From Phyllosticta citribraziliensis (taxonomy: Eukaryota): a DNA stretch of 64,000 nt. The stretch covers positions 2,170,001 to 2,234,000 of the forward strand of contig NW_027117343.1 of NCBI RefSeq assembly GCF_038025025.1, in the 5' to 3' direction. Every line of letters starts with the position of its first letter. Position 1 is the first letter of the stretch. Below the pieces are notes generated by a model. That model did not search any database. It saw only the letters and a list, made by a program, of their open reading frames with translations, and was not told where the DNA came from. Below, one piece after another: positions 36,715 to 49,097 of the stretch. A program made the position numbers and the translations under genes.

Positions 36715-39700
36715 TCAAAGCTCGAATTCGTCATCCTTTTCCTCATCCTTTGCCTGCCCCTGGCCCAACTGCTGTCTCCTGCGCTTGTAGAACTGGTCCA
36801 GGCACTCCCTCCGCTGCTCCTGCGGCCACCCCTCGACTATCAGCGCAAACTCCGTGACGTCGTCAAATCCAAACGTCTTCGCCATGGTGCAAAACTGCCT
36901 CAGCCGCACAGATTCAGGGGGATTGTGTTTCAATCTCGTCCCCTGCATCTCGTCGCCGCTGTCAAACTCCTCCTTGTCGTCCTCACGGCCAACGTCCTGG
37001 CTGGGCGCAAACACGTGCTTCTGGATGAAGTCGACGTCGTTGTCATTCGCCGCGGCCCTTTTACTGAGACGGTCCTCAATTTTCGACGTCCCAATGACCT
37101 CCTGATTCTCGTGCGTGTACTGGACTCCGATGCTTGACAGGATTGCCTGCACCGCGTCCTTCTTCTTAGGTGCCAGCTTGAGATTTTTGGCCATCTCGTC
37201 GACTTCGCCCTCTTTGATCAAGTCGGAAATCTGGCTCATGAGCGCGTCTTCATCATCTCCAAGCAAGGTACTCTCGTCCTCGTCCTCGCCCACGCCGTCG
37301 ATGCCCATGACCTTGACGCCAGCTCTGGACTCGGCAACGTTGGTCTTGTTGACAATGTCCCGGAGAACAATGTTGTCGCCTTGGTAAGAGAAGAGATTGG
37401 CAAGCCCGAAAATCTCGCCCTTTTTCTCCGCCTTGTCCTGCACACCGCGGAAATATCGGCGCTCGTTGGTCGCATTGTAGCCAATATTTGCCTGCTGCTG
37501 CTTGTAGATTTGGCGGGCGTAGATAATCTCTTCGATTGTGCCCGCTGAGACCAGGCGAAAGACTTCAACATCTCGAGTTTGACCAATGCGGTAGGCCCGG
37601 TCTTGGGCTTGGAGATCATATGCTGGATTCCAGTTCGGATCAAACACGACAACTTTGTTGGCTGAAGTGATGTTCAAGCCCACACCTCCAGCTCTTGTGC
37701 TGATGAGGAACACAAACTGCTGTGGGTCGGCGTTAAAGTCTGACACCTCCTGAGCCCGTTGGTCGTACGTCATGGCGCCATCCAAGTAGCTCACGCTGTA
37801 CGTGGTGGTGGTAGTGAAGAGCATTTTCAGCATTTGAAGGAGTCGTACGCTGTGGCTAAAGACAAGAACCTTGTCGCCATTGGCATACCAAAACTGAAGG
37901 AGCTTCCTCAGGATCTTCCACTTGCCGCAGAACTCTTGAGTAGCAAAGGTCATGATGTTGTTCCGTTGGTTGTACAGATCCTTCCACTGGGTTGGCATGG
38001 CCACCTGAAGATCACTCAGGTCCCTGGATTGCTTCTCGTCCGGATCAGTATTCGATGGGATCAGTAGGGCGACGTGATTCGTGAGCTTTTGCAGGACAAC
38101 AATGGCCGGAAAGACGTAGTGCTGCCACTTTCCTCGGCCGGGAATCTGGACGTAGCAGCACCATCCACGTTTCTTGCGCGATCCGCAATCACAATCTTCA
38201 GTCGATCGGCGGATGTGATCAATGATCTCCGACGTGACGAAATTCTCGTAGGCATCGGCTTGCGTGTCGGTGAGGGGGCAAAACACTGGGCAAGTCAGTC
38301 GACGTCAATCATGGCTTCACAGAAGACTCACCGACTCGGTCGCTCTTCTTGGGCAGTTCGTGGGCAATCAGAGTCTTCATGCGTCTTAGGAAAAATTGGG
38401 GCAACAGGTTCTTGACCAACGAGTTGGCCGTCTTTCGCGCCTTGGCCAGCTGGTGATAGGTCGCATCATGGGCCTGGCCCATCTTGAGGGGATCGCTGAT
38501 GCAATTCTTCCATGTAACAATGCCTCCGAATCTGCCCGGATTGGTCCAATTGAGCAACGTCCACAGCTCCAGGTAGTTGTTTTGGATTGCGGTTCCAGTC
38601 AGGCCGATTCTGCAGAGTGCGTTGATCTCATTCATTGCGTGCGTGACCTCTGAAGTGTTGGACTTGATGGTGTGGCATTCGTCTGCAATGACACAGTCCC
38701 AGTCAATGGTGTTTATGGCGCTCTTATTTAGTCGATAGGTTGAGTACGTTGTCAACACAATCTCAGTGCTCCCGTGTTGGATTGCACGCAGGGCGGCTTC
38801 CTTCGCGTCTGGGGTTCCATGGTAGACATAGACATGCCACCAGCCCCAAGTCTTCAATTCGGACTCCCAGTTCCTCATGAGACCGCCCGGGCAAATGATG
38901 AGCACTCTTGGGTACTCTCGACCATGGCGGCGCATTTTTCGCATGCGCTTTTCGTCGCGCTCATCGCCAGTCTTGCCAAAAGCTGCGGTGAGGAAGGCAA
39001 TTACCTGGATGGTCTTGCGTAAAGCACGGTCAGTATTTGGAAAAATCAGCGGAATATCATAACTTATCTAGACCCATGTCGTCTCCCAAGATTCCTCCCT
39101 TTTGGTAGACATATTTCTCGTGCAGAAACTCGGCCCCTTTGATCTGGTAGTCTCGCAACCATTGTGCTAGGGGAGCAGGAATGATGCCGGCAGAAGTCTC
39201 CAAGACGACGTCCTCGTACTCTCTTGTTGGCTTGCGATCTGGGAAGGCAGGCCTCTCCTGGAGATACTCGAGCCTCTCGTCATCAGAAAATTCAACGTCT
39301 TCGTATTCTGGGGGTATCATAAGGCCATTTTCCCCCATTTTCTCGCGGTTCTTTTCGAACTGTGCTTTGCGATCTTTGACGTATTCCGGGAGTTGCTCGT
39401 CACCAAGCCCCTGCAGGTCTTCGTCGTTGTCGCTGTCGGATCCATAGGCACGTTTCTGCCTCCTCGCTTTCTGGTCTTCCTTGTCTTGGTCAAACACCAT
39501 CTTTGGGTGACTTTTGCGGCCGACCATGCTGCTTGACTTTGCCTTGGACTTTGCCTTGACCTGGCGCGACACTGCAGCTGCGCGTTTTCTCTTCAGAGTC
39601 TTTCGCTGTGTGAAGGCCTTGTACACCGCTTCGGCATCCTCATCATCAGACCACTCGACCTTTCGGGGCTCTGCCTTTTGCTTTCCGTGTCGCGGACGAC

Positions 39701-39895
39701 GCTGCTCGTCCTCGTCGCTTGCGGTTTCCGAGTCGTGGTGGTCATTGGCAATGACGCCTGAATAGCTGATCAGTCTCAAGTCGCTGCTTTGTAAGAGGGA
39801 GGATTACCGTAAACATATTCGTCAACGTCTAAAGTCTGTCTGCGCTCGTCACGTCTGGTTTCGGAATCGCTGTCGCCAACGTTTTCGCCCTCCAT
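36715..39895 (-). CDS. SNF2-family ATPase, ERCC6L2/Rad26-like; 3 introns, the second (39019-39067) is AT-AC
   Basis: LRDYQ, GGILGDDMGL|GKTIQ (Walker A after splicing), IADECH, GLTGTAIQN, LISTRAGGVGLN, QAQDRAYRIGQ, and HENQEVIGTSK (VIGSSK-type motif of the ERCC6L2 group). Confidence 0.92.
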
Positions 39896-42800
39896 CCTGT
39901 CGATTTTCTCGGCGGCCGTGCGACGGCGAGTCGTCGTACGCGACGAACTGGATGCAAAAGTAGCCATGAAGTCTCATGTCGCGGTGGTTATCGGAAGAAA
40001 GTCTGAGGGTGAGGTTGGAGTCGAGACGCGGGGAAAGAACGCGACGCGACATAAAAGTCGCGCTGCTGCAGGGTCCGCCACACAACCCCGCCAGTAATGA
40101 CGACACCCATCCCACTTCCCCTTTTTGGTCCAAGGCCTGAAAGCTCCCTCCATTACCATTGCCATGTACATGTCGGCTTGAATTTGTCCTTGCTTGTCTT
40201 TTGTTAAACTGATTTATTTCACCGATTCTGTTCTTATTCAACCGACCCTCTTTGTGTCGACCAACTAAGTGCCAGTCTTTCACATATTGTGTCGTGAAGC
40301 TGGGGACAATCCACACGTGAATGGAGCAATTCTTCCAGATGTAGTGTTCATTGCAAGACCCCTAACGAGACGTCCCAATTTTGATCACTCGAGAAAATGT
40401 GATTATGGTTTCATTTATAAACTAAACTCTTATGATAGGATGGACAGAGCAATGAAGTCGCGAACGAACAATCAACTCCATCATATCAAAAGACCGCCAT
40501 GAATTCGACACAGACACTTGCCTCCTGGGAATGATTCTTGTCAGTTGCAGCTGATGCAGTACCTTTTGATGACAGGCGATATTAATTAGCTTCCCATTGC
40601 CTTCACAACAGCCCAGACTGTTCGAGAGTGATAGTTCATCCACATCCACGTCCGAAGCTTGATCGCCAAAATCGTGGCATACACAAACAAGGATTCAGCA
40701 ACTTGGATTGTGAATGCTCCATGTTGCCCTCTCCTACATGTCGGTTAACCTGATCAAAGCCTCCCGCGTTTGATGTTCGACAGCACAATTCTCTGGAGGA
40801 TGAGTGCGGTGTAGGAGGCATCCTTCGAATGCTCCCGCTCGGAGACTTTTTCGACCGGGAAAGTTGAGACCGAGACGCCGTTACCTGTCTCCAACGGATG
40901 CATTGTGACACGGCCACCCAAAACGGCCATGCCAATGTTGAAAGCTTGCAGCCTTCGCAACAACGATTGCCTCGGCTTCGGTCTTGCAGCCTTGCTTTCA
41001 GCAGCAACCATTTCGTGCTCGGGGACATATTCGTGCGAGGACTTGGATAGCGTCGACGGCGCACGTAGCGCGTTTGGCGTGTGTTCTAGCTAAGCAGTAG
41101 CCATCCTGCCAAGGTTACTTCCTCCCGGTCTCAAGGCTGCGGAGTCCCGCTGTCTGATTGCTCGGGTAAAAATTGCTCCCCGTGGAATCGTCTTGTAGTA
41201 ACCCGAGTACGACAAGTCCAAAAACTTTTGCTGAGTCGTGACCTGGAGGACCGAGACAGACGGATGAATAATGTGCCTTCGCGTGGACCTTCGAGCTGAC
41301 GTCAGCACTGCGCCTTTGTAAAGTTCTCCATGCGACTGCCAAGATTGCACACTGCTAATCAGGAGTGACTACATTGAGGCCGTTTTGCGAGGCAACGTTG
41401 AGCTGAAATTGCCAGGGTTTGAGAGTAAGGATGGAGGGAGTCGGAAGCCGCTTTGTTTCGGATGGTTTGATGCTTGCGTGGACAGCAAAGGCTTCAATTT
41501 GACTCTTGCTCTTACCAACCATACTGGCTCAGTAACTCATGTCATTGCGGGTGAAGGGGATGGTTTCGACTGCCGGTCTTCGAAAGCCGAGCAAAGGCTT
41601 GATGTACCAGAATTTCGGAGCCTAGAAGAATTACCAGCGGCTGATGAAGAATTAGCTTCAAGGAGAGATCGACTGTGATGCCTGCCCAAAGTTAGCAAGC
41701 TGGTATAAGATGTAGAGAAAATGCCGCAGGTTTGCTTCTGGCGACTGCTCGCATCTTTCGATGCCATTGTATGCGTCGATACAATCTATGCAACATGGTC
41801 GGCCCGGGCCGGGATGCCGGTAGGGGTTTCCGTCCGAGACATCGAGACACTGGTGTTGGCAGTTTGGCTCCGTGTCTCGGCTCTGCGAGCAACACAAGAT
41901 TTCTGTGCAGATCAGGTGCATGACGGGCGGGTTCCACGAGGCCAGCCGAGTCTCACGGATCCGAGGGCTGCAGTCGCACAGATTGCAAAGGCACAGCTCG
42001 ATGCCACCTCTTCAACCTCGCGAGGCTGACGCGCACAAACCTGAGATTTCGACTCGTGGGGGATGAAGGAAGACTGGTGAATGCTCCGGACTTGTGGTTG
42101 CCAAACGAGAAAGGTGATACCAATGTCATCCATGTCGGATAAACAGCCACAGGTGTCAGTCATGCGAAACCAGCACGGACGAAAAGCACAGGCAGGCTCC
42201 AATTCAACGCATGTTGCGGTAACATTTTTGGTTGGGCATCGATTGAATTGTGCAGACTCGGAGCCTCGAAGTGGACGGCAGGCAGTCCGAGGAGTTTACG
42301 ATTCCCGAACGAGTCGGCAGCCAAAGATGCCCACTGCTGATAGGGTAGAAGAGCAGCAATTGTGTCAATCTCGTGATGTTGATTGGTCGGTATTTCGTGC
42401 TCGAGTCGTTTTGCGTTGAGTGGGACCAGTAGGAAAAGCAATGGATCCAGGGCAGACGCTCGCGTGGAGCGCCACACGCAACCTACCGCTAAGTGTGGCA
42501 TTACGATCCAGTACGTGTATTGGTGGAGGCGACGCAGGCCAAGCCGTCCTGAGGGTGGCCTGGCGGAGTAGTGGCCCAACGAGGGGAGCGGAATGTGGTG
42601 GTTATCCACTGCCTTGCACGTGGAAAGCGGAAAAAGGCATGTCCGAGGTCAGGTTACTGTACGAGGGGCCGTTGGAGGGATTGCCTCGTTACATATCCAT
42701 GGTACCCGGGAAGAGAAAGAGATGTGGCTGATGAGCGTCGATGGACGAGGGCGACTGGAGCCGGGGACCAGTGGCCAGAGCAAGAAGATGGCGTGGCTTG

Positions 42801-43560
42801 CTGGCTTGATAAGTACTGCAATGAGCAGCGTCGGTCCAGATGTGCGTGTCATCGAATGCTCCTTGGGCGCATGTGGTGTGCAGAAGAAAGACTGAGCGAG
42901 GACGTCGAGGGCCTCAGGCGCCCCGGCCAGATTAGCGAGAGTCGGCGTCGATCGACGCAGCGATTGGAAGACCTCACCCTCGTCGACTCTCGCCCATCCC
43001 CGATCAACGCATCGCTTCGATGCAGCCCATCATCGAATCATCGTCTTCTCCGACTGCCCCGTCTACAAGCTTCCACTGGTGCCGTTCCTGGCAGCCCTCC
43101 ATGGACGCGTCGGCCCCAGCGTAACCGAACGCCCTATGCAGCCGCCATCCTGGCTCGTGTTTAGCCCGAGCTCCAACAACGGGTTTGGCATGGCCCATTT
43201 GGATACCCAGCGGACACTAGCTCAGGCATACCGGGAACCCTGATGACGCACGGCATGGACTTGGGAAGCGTCCTAGCTGGAGGCGCCACTCAGCACCGCC
43301 TCTGGCCATCCTTCCACACCACTAGAATCTACTTGTGTCGGATCCTTACCTGCTCTTTCCCCGTCCTGCGCGACCCTTTAAAAGCAAAATCATCGGCCCA
43401 GCCATAGAGCGAGCGATGTCTCACCGTTGACCCTTTTTACGCCAAGACACGAACATCCACCCTACCGAGTCCACTTGTTCAAATTCGACGTCCACCGGCT
43501 CCCATTTATTCGCTCCTTCCCGCTCCTCGTTGCGGCCTTGCTTCGCGCGTCTCTCCCACA

Positions 43561-45560
43561 ATGGCCTCCCCAGCGCCGCGAATTCTTGTCTATCTACTGA
43601 GAAGGGACTTGCGCATCAAAGATAACCCAATCCTCCACCACATAGCGCAATACGCCAACGCCAAATCTCTCCCGTTCACTCACCTCCTTCCTTTGTACAT
43701 CTTGCCCGCCAACCAGGTGGAAGTCTCGGGGTTCTTGAAGCCAGACACCAGGAGTCCGTACCCCGAAGCGCGAAGCCAGGTTGCTGGGTTCTGGCGCTGT
43801 GGTCACCACCGAGCCAAATTCCTTGCTGAGAGCGTCTGGAATGTCAAAGACAATTTGACGAAGCTGAACAGTGACCTCATCATCCGCGTTGGAATGGTGG
43901 GTGACGTCCTGCGGGATCTCGTGGCTTGGTACATGGAATCTGAGGGTGGGAACCAAAGAGGGACCATTGAAGCCATCTGGATGACCTCGGAGGAAGGTGT
44001 CGAGGAGAAACGCGAGGAGCGCGATGCGCGCAACGTGGCCAAGACTGCGGGAGCCGAATTCAAACTATGGACCGACGAAAAATACTTTGTGGATGAGTAG
44101 GTGCTTCAACGAATCTCTCTTCTCTCACTAATCCTCGTAGTCGCGATCTTCCCTTTTCCAACATCAAAGACCTTCCAGATGTATACACTACTTTCCGCAA
44201 ATCAGTCGAGCCTCTCCGATCACGACCGCGCGAGCCCGTTGGTGTTCCTTCGACGTTGTTACCCCTACCACCGTCAGAACAGATTGCGCCGCAAAATGAC
44301 CCATTCGCCCCGCCCGAGTCTTCGTCGGAAATGATTGAAGGCCTTCAAAAGCCGCTCAGTCCCTCGCTAGATCTGGAATTTCCACCCCAAATGCCAGCTG
44401 GTGCAGAATCGGCGCATCCGTTTAAAGGCGGCGAAGATGCTGCTGAAGACCGTCTCTCGCACCTCATAGCGTCAGGATCCATGACCTCATACAAGGACAC
44501 ACGCAACGGTCTCCTTGGCCCAGACTTTAGCACGAAACTGTCTGCTTGGCTGGCTCTTGGCTGCATCACAGCGCGACAGGTCCACGCCGCCTTACTAGCG
44601 TTTGAAGACGGCAAGGCGACGGTTAAAGATAGCTGGAAGAGCGCAAAAGGCTATGGTCAGGGCGAAAATACGGGTACAGCCGCTGTTCGCTTCGAGCTCC
44701 TCTGGCGTGACTACATGCGCCTCTGCACCCGCAAGTTTGGCGCCCGCCTCTTCCACCCCGACGGCTATCGCAACGAAGCGCCCGACGCATCTTCTGAGGG
44801 TGGTCTTTCAAAGAAAAAATGGCGTTGGTTGGATCGTAGTAATGGGCCAGGCGACGATCCGGCGAAAACGCGTGCGGCGGTGGAACGATTCCGCAGCGGG
44901 CGCACCGGCATTGGGCTCATTGACGCCAGCCAACGAGAGATGTTCCTCACAGGATACACCTCCAACCGCGCAAGACAGAATGTCGCGTCCTTCCTCTCGG
45001 CCCACCTCGGCATCGACTGGCGCGTCGGCGCGGAATGGTATGAGTGCGCGCTCGTCGACTACGATTTGTCCAATAACTGGGGCAATTGGAGTTACGTTGC
45101 TGGAGTTGGAAACGATCCACGGCAAGGTCGTAAGTTCAATCCAGTCAAGCAGGCGCTTGACTACGACAAGGGGGGCGAGTACATCAAGACTTGGGTGCAA
45201 GAGCTGCGAGACGTCGACGTGGATGGTGCTCAAAATGGTGGCCGGCGTGGAGAGGAAATGCTCATGGGCTTGTTTCAAGCGTGGAGGCTGCCAGAGAGGG
45301 AAAAGGAGCGGCTGAACTTGAAGGGTATCGAGTGGGTCGAGAAGCCCCTGGTGCGAATCCCGTTCGCCGTGGGTGCCAAAGGCGGTGGTGGAGGTGGCGG
45401 ACCAGATCACAGAAGAGGCGGCGGTGGACCGAGGGGAAGAGGAGGCTTTCGAGGGCGAGGAGGTCGCGGTGGTCGAGGCAGAAGAATGGGAGATGTGGAC
45501 AGGGCCATGGCGGGCCAGTACCAGTTTGGAGGACCGGCGACGGGCGTGGGAGAGCCTTGA
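43561..45560 (+). CDS. Cryptochrome-DASH (photolyase family) with a C-terminal RGG-rich tail, 1 intron (~44097-44140)
   Basis: RRDLRIKDNP, FKGGED, YKDTRNGLLGPDFSTKLSAWLALG, FELLWRDY, TGYTSNRARQNVASF and NWGNWSYVAGVGNDPR. Confidence 0.93.
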
Positions 45561-46050
45561 ACGTTGTCGAGCGACCGTTTGTACGTGTACTTGACTTCGT
45601 GTTTTTGGAGACAGTCTCGCGAGCCTCGTCCCAGGAGTATGTACTGTTACGGTGAGCGAGTTGGAGCTTGGATATCCCTTATGGATGCCTGCCTTTTCTT
45701 TTTTTATAGCCATTGGAAGCGTTTGAATACTCTTTCTTTTGCTGTATGTGCGATGCCTTGTTGAGCCTTTATGGTTGTTGCAAAATGGCACTTATGGTTG
45801 GTGTTGTTCGATTGCCTTTTTGGTTATCCCCGTCTTCGGCCTCAAATGACCCACAACAAGGTGACCAGCTAGCCAACCATCTACCCCCAGACACACCACC
45901 ACAAAGTCCGGCGACAATTCAAGCTGTAGTTTCTGGTTCAATCGAGGAAACCACCAAGTAAATCGCAGAATGGAACATATGCACCATTCTCATTATTACC
46001 CACAATGTAAACAAATTTAGCGAACGAATCTTCAACAAGACCACAAAAAA

Positions 46051-46122
46051 AGCTGCGTGGCGCAGCGGAAGCGCGCCGGGCTCATAACCCGGAGGACACT
46101 GGATCGAAACCAGTCGCAGCTA
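46051..46122 (+). tRNA. Initiator tRNA-Met (CAT), intronless
   Basis: Cloverleaf with acceptor AGCTGCG/CGCAGCT (A1:U72), anticodon arm CCGGG-CTCATAA-CCCGG and T-loop ATCGAAA (A54/A60), all eukaryotic initiator hallmarks; T-rich run downstream. Confidence 0.96.
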
Positions 46123-47365
46123 CTTTACTCCTTTCTTTTTGCCTTTTTGTCCCTTTGACCAATTTTTTTGTCCTGTCTCGCCTGGATGACTCACTTCTGT
46201 GGGCCATTACGTGCAGGCGCGCCGAAGTTCACCCTTAGGCGAGGCAGGTAGATGGTGATGGGTTCGAAACGCCGTCGTGCTTTTTTCTTTTTTTTGGGGG
46301 GGAACTTGGGCTAAGCGAGATTGAAATTTGAGGATGGATAGTATGTGAGAAAGCGAAGTGTTGAGTGCTGGACTGAACACCGACATGCCAGCATTTATGG
46401 ACCGCACGAAAGACTGCAGCAATGCTGCGAATGTTCTGGAGTCTTCAATTTCTCCTGGGCAGGATTTCTCAGGCCTTAGAGCATGCAATTAGAGGAATAA
46501 AAGGAAGCAAGTGGTTGGGGATCACCCTGCCTGCTCGTTGCCCATGCCTCTCCCAATCACCATGTTCTTTGTTCCCGTGTACCGCAACTCTTCCATTTAA
46601 TTTTGGACCTACGAAACAAAGAAATGAAAATGCGCGAATTCGGAGACTCGCCCTTGCATACCTACGCAGCTACTGATTGGCCGCAGCGTGGCTGGCTCCC
46701 GTTATGAAAGAGCAGATGGCACTCCGAGCTTCCCGTGTGCTGTGGTTGTGAGTAGAAAGACCGGGCCTTGATGACTGTTACTGTAGATTTTTTGAGGAAG
46801 GTACTGACTTCTTTTCCTTTGGTCGAAATCCGTTTGCGCGTACCAGATGATTGCGCTTGAGCAAGTTTGGTGTTGGAAAGGTCCTTTTTGTCAAGGACGA
46901 TGCCGACATGCATCACTTGTTGCAAATGCGCGTTTGGCATCGTGGTTGATGAGGAAAGGACGACCAGCTTATGATGCCTCTGCGGCATGACCAAGAGAGG
47001 CCTCATTGGGAAATCTCGGTGGTGCTTGCCTGCAGAGCGGCATATTCGACCAGACGCTTTGAGGTGCTCTACGCCCTCGCCTTGCGCCCATCTTCTGCAC
47101 CGCATCATTACTGTCAGCTTCATCTTTTCTTTGCTCGCTTTCTCGACAGACCTGACGGAACGTCTGAAGACAAGCTTCGTATTCATCGCTTTCCAAGGCA
47201 TCATCACCGTTCCATTTCATCAGCAGGCGGCGTCGAAGATCAAACATTAACGTCCAACTTCTCAAAACAGCATCACTGCTATCCTTGTACAGGCAATTCA
47301 GACAAACAAGTCTACTCACGACACGCGTGGAGAGAACGTAACGGCAGCTTCACTCTGAAGATTCC

Positions 47366-48181
47366 ATGTCGCGCTTCCACCCAAACTCCTTCGCGGACGC
47401 CGGAAACTTGGGGACTTTTGGATCAGATTACCCAATGAGTGATACGGCAGGCTCTAACAAGGCTCCCGACGGAGGCAATGTCAACGCCAGCGGATCAGGC
47501 CAACCCCCAGATACTCAGTCGCTTCAACAATCTCCTGCCAAGCCTAGTTCAATTGGCAGCTCTGGCGGAGAGACTGCAATGCAGGCGAGAAAACTTTCAC
47601 CCGAAAATGAACTCAGAGTCCTACGCCTGTGCAGAAACTGGACGCCAAATTTGACCTATGGTCTCTGGGTCCGAGGCATGTTAAAGGACGACCTGCAGCA
47701 ATTCCAATGGCTGGGAAAATGTCTCAAAATGCGCCTTGATCTGGCGCAAACCGGTGTCATCGAGCCAGGCTCAAGTCAGGGGCTCAATACCGACGTCGTC
47801 GAGGACTTTGAAGAGAATGTCGCCTGGATCTTAGCCTCAGTGTCTTGCCAGGACTACGTTGAAGTCTTGGACTGCCTCAAGCCCGCCTACCTATGGAATG
47901 AAGACTGGCGGATTGAGACTATGCTGAGCATGTACATGCCCGCTAACCAGCTGCCATTTGGGATTTTGAGAACGCCACAATCGATGCAACAACCACTGCA
48001 ATTGGTCCAACAACCGCCTCAATTGGTGCAACATCCACATTTGATGCAACATCCGCCACAATCGGTGGAACTAGCCACTCCTACTGCCATGTCGACTTCT
48101 GACAGTACAACCTTCGCCACTATGCATACACCCCAGAATCCGCCTGAGAATCCTTACACGAAGGAACGACCGAGTAAATGA
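47366..48181 (+). CDS. Hypothetical 271-aa protein with a Gln/Pro heptad repeat
   Basis: ATG-initiated ORF with a helical-looking core (LRVLRLCRNW...EENVAWILASV) and repeats MQQPLQL/VQQPPQL/VQHPHL/MQHPPQS. No recognisable family. Confidence 0.5.
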   Translation: MSRFHPNSFADAGNLGTFGSDYPMSDTAGSNKAPDGGNVNASGSGQPPDTQSLQQSPAKPSSIGSSGGETAMQARKLSPENELRVLRLCRNWTPNLTYGLWVRGMLKDDLQQFQWLGKCLKMRLDLAQTGVIEPGSSQGLNTDVVEDFEENVAWILASVSCQDYVEVLDCLKPAYLWNEDWRIETMLSMYMPANQLPFGILRTPQSMQQPLQLVQQPPQLVQHPHLMQHPPQSVELATPTAMSTSDSTTFATMHTPQNPPENPYTKERPSK

Positions 48182-49097
48182 AGTCGAAGTTCCAATGAAC
48201 TTACACTTCCAAGCGCATTCATTGCGGACCACTCAGATCGACTCTTTGTCAGCCGGTCCACTCAGCCTTTGTACAATCAGAAAGACTTTTCCAGATGATG
48301 GAAGTCAAGTTGTTCCCATTCCCTGGCTCTTACGCATCCTTTTCCAAGACGGATCTGTTCCCCCTGGACGACTTGTGTGGCCTGAATTCATCGAGACTTT
48401 GCGTCATGCAGGATCGGATCATTGCTTGTTTGCTTCTTCGCATCGGATTCCACCCGGCTGGATGGTTCTCACTCACAGGACATGGCACTGGACGGCACAA
48501 TGCATTTCCATCCGAGAATCCGGCCTCAGGAACGTCTCAGCACCAGCTGCTGGCCGAACCCCCTGAGTTTTCTTGTTTACTGCTCTGGCGCTCTTTTTTT
48601 TTTTTGCTCTTTCGACCTTTTTCCTTTGAAAAGGCGATCAGCTTCTCGAGGTGCCATCGAAGTTGTCTGGAAAGGTTCATCGGGCGGAGTTTACGCGTTG
48701 ACTTGGGGCGGCTGAGGGGAAAGTTCTGCAGCATAACCAAATCACTCTAATTCAGAATTGCTTCTCGTTACTGGAGTCAGTACTCAACTTGCGTGTTGCC
48801 GTCGCCAGGTGTGCCACTGAAAATTCTTGACCCTACAATCACGAAACTTACCCCCAAGACCGCTCGACTCTTGCAAAGCAAATGGCATTTGCCAGACCCA
48901 CGATGCTAGTCGCAAATCATTGGGTACCACATATTACTAGCAAATTCATGACGACGCACTATGTGAGAAAAATACTAGGAACCATACATCTAACCACAAT
49001 AAAACGGTGCTCGCTAGCCAACGCAAGAAGTCCCAACCAACCGACAGAAAAGCAACACCCACCCACCCTACGCTCCACATTCTCTTTCCCCGCCAAT

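Noticed and set aside
39019..39067. Interpretation as a U12 (minor spliceosome) intron
   Set aside because: The donor is ATAAGT rather than ATATCC, and there is no TCCTTAAC branch box; the signals are U2-like.
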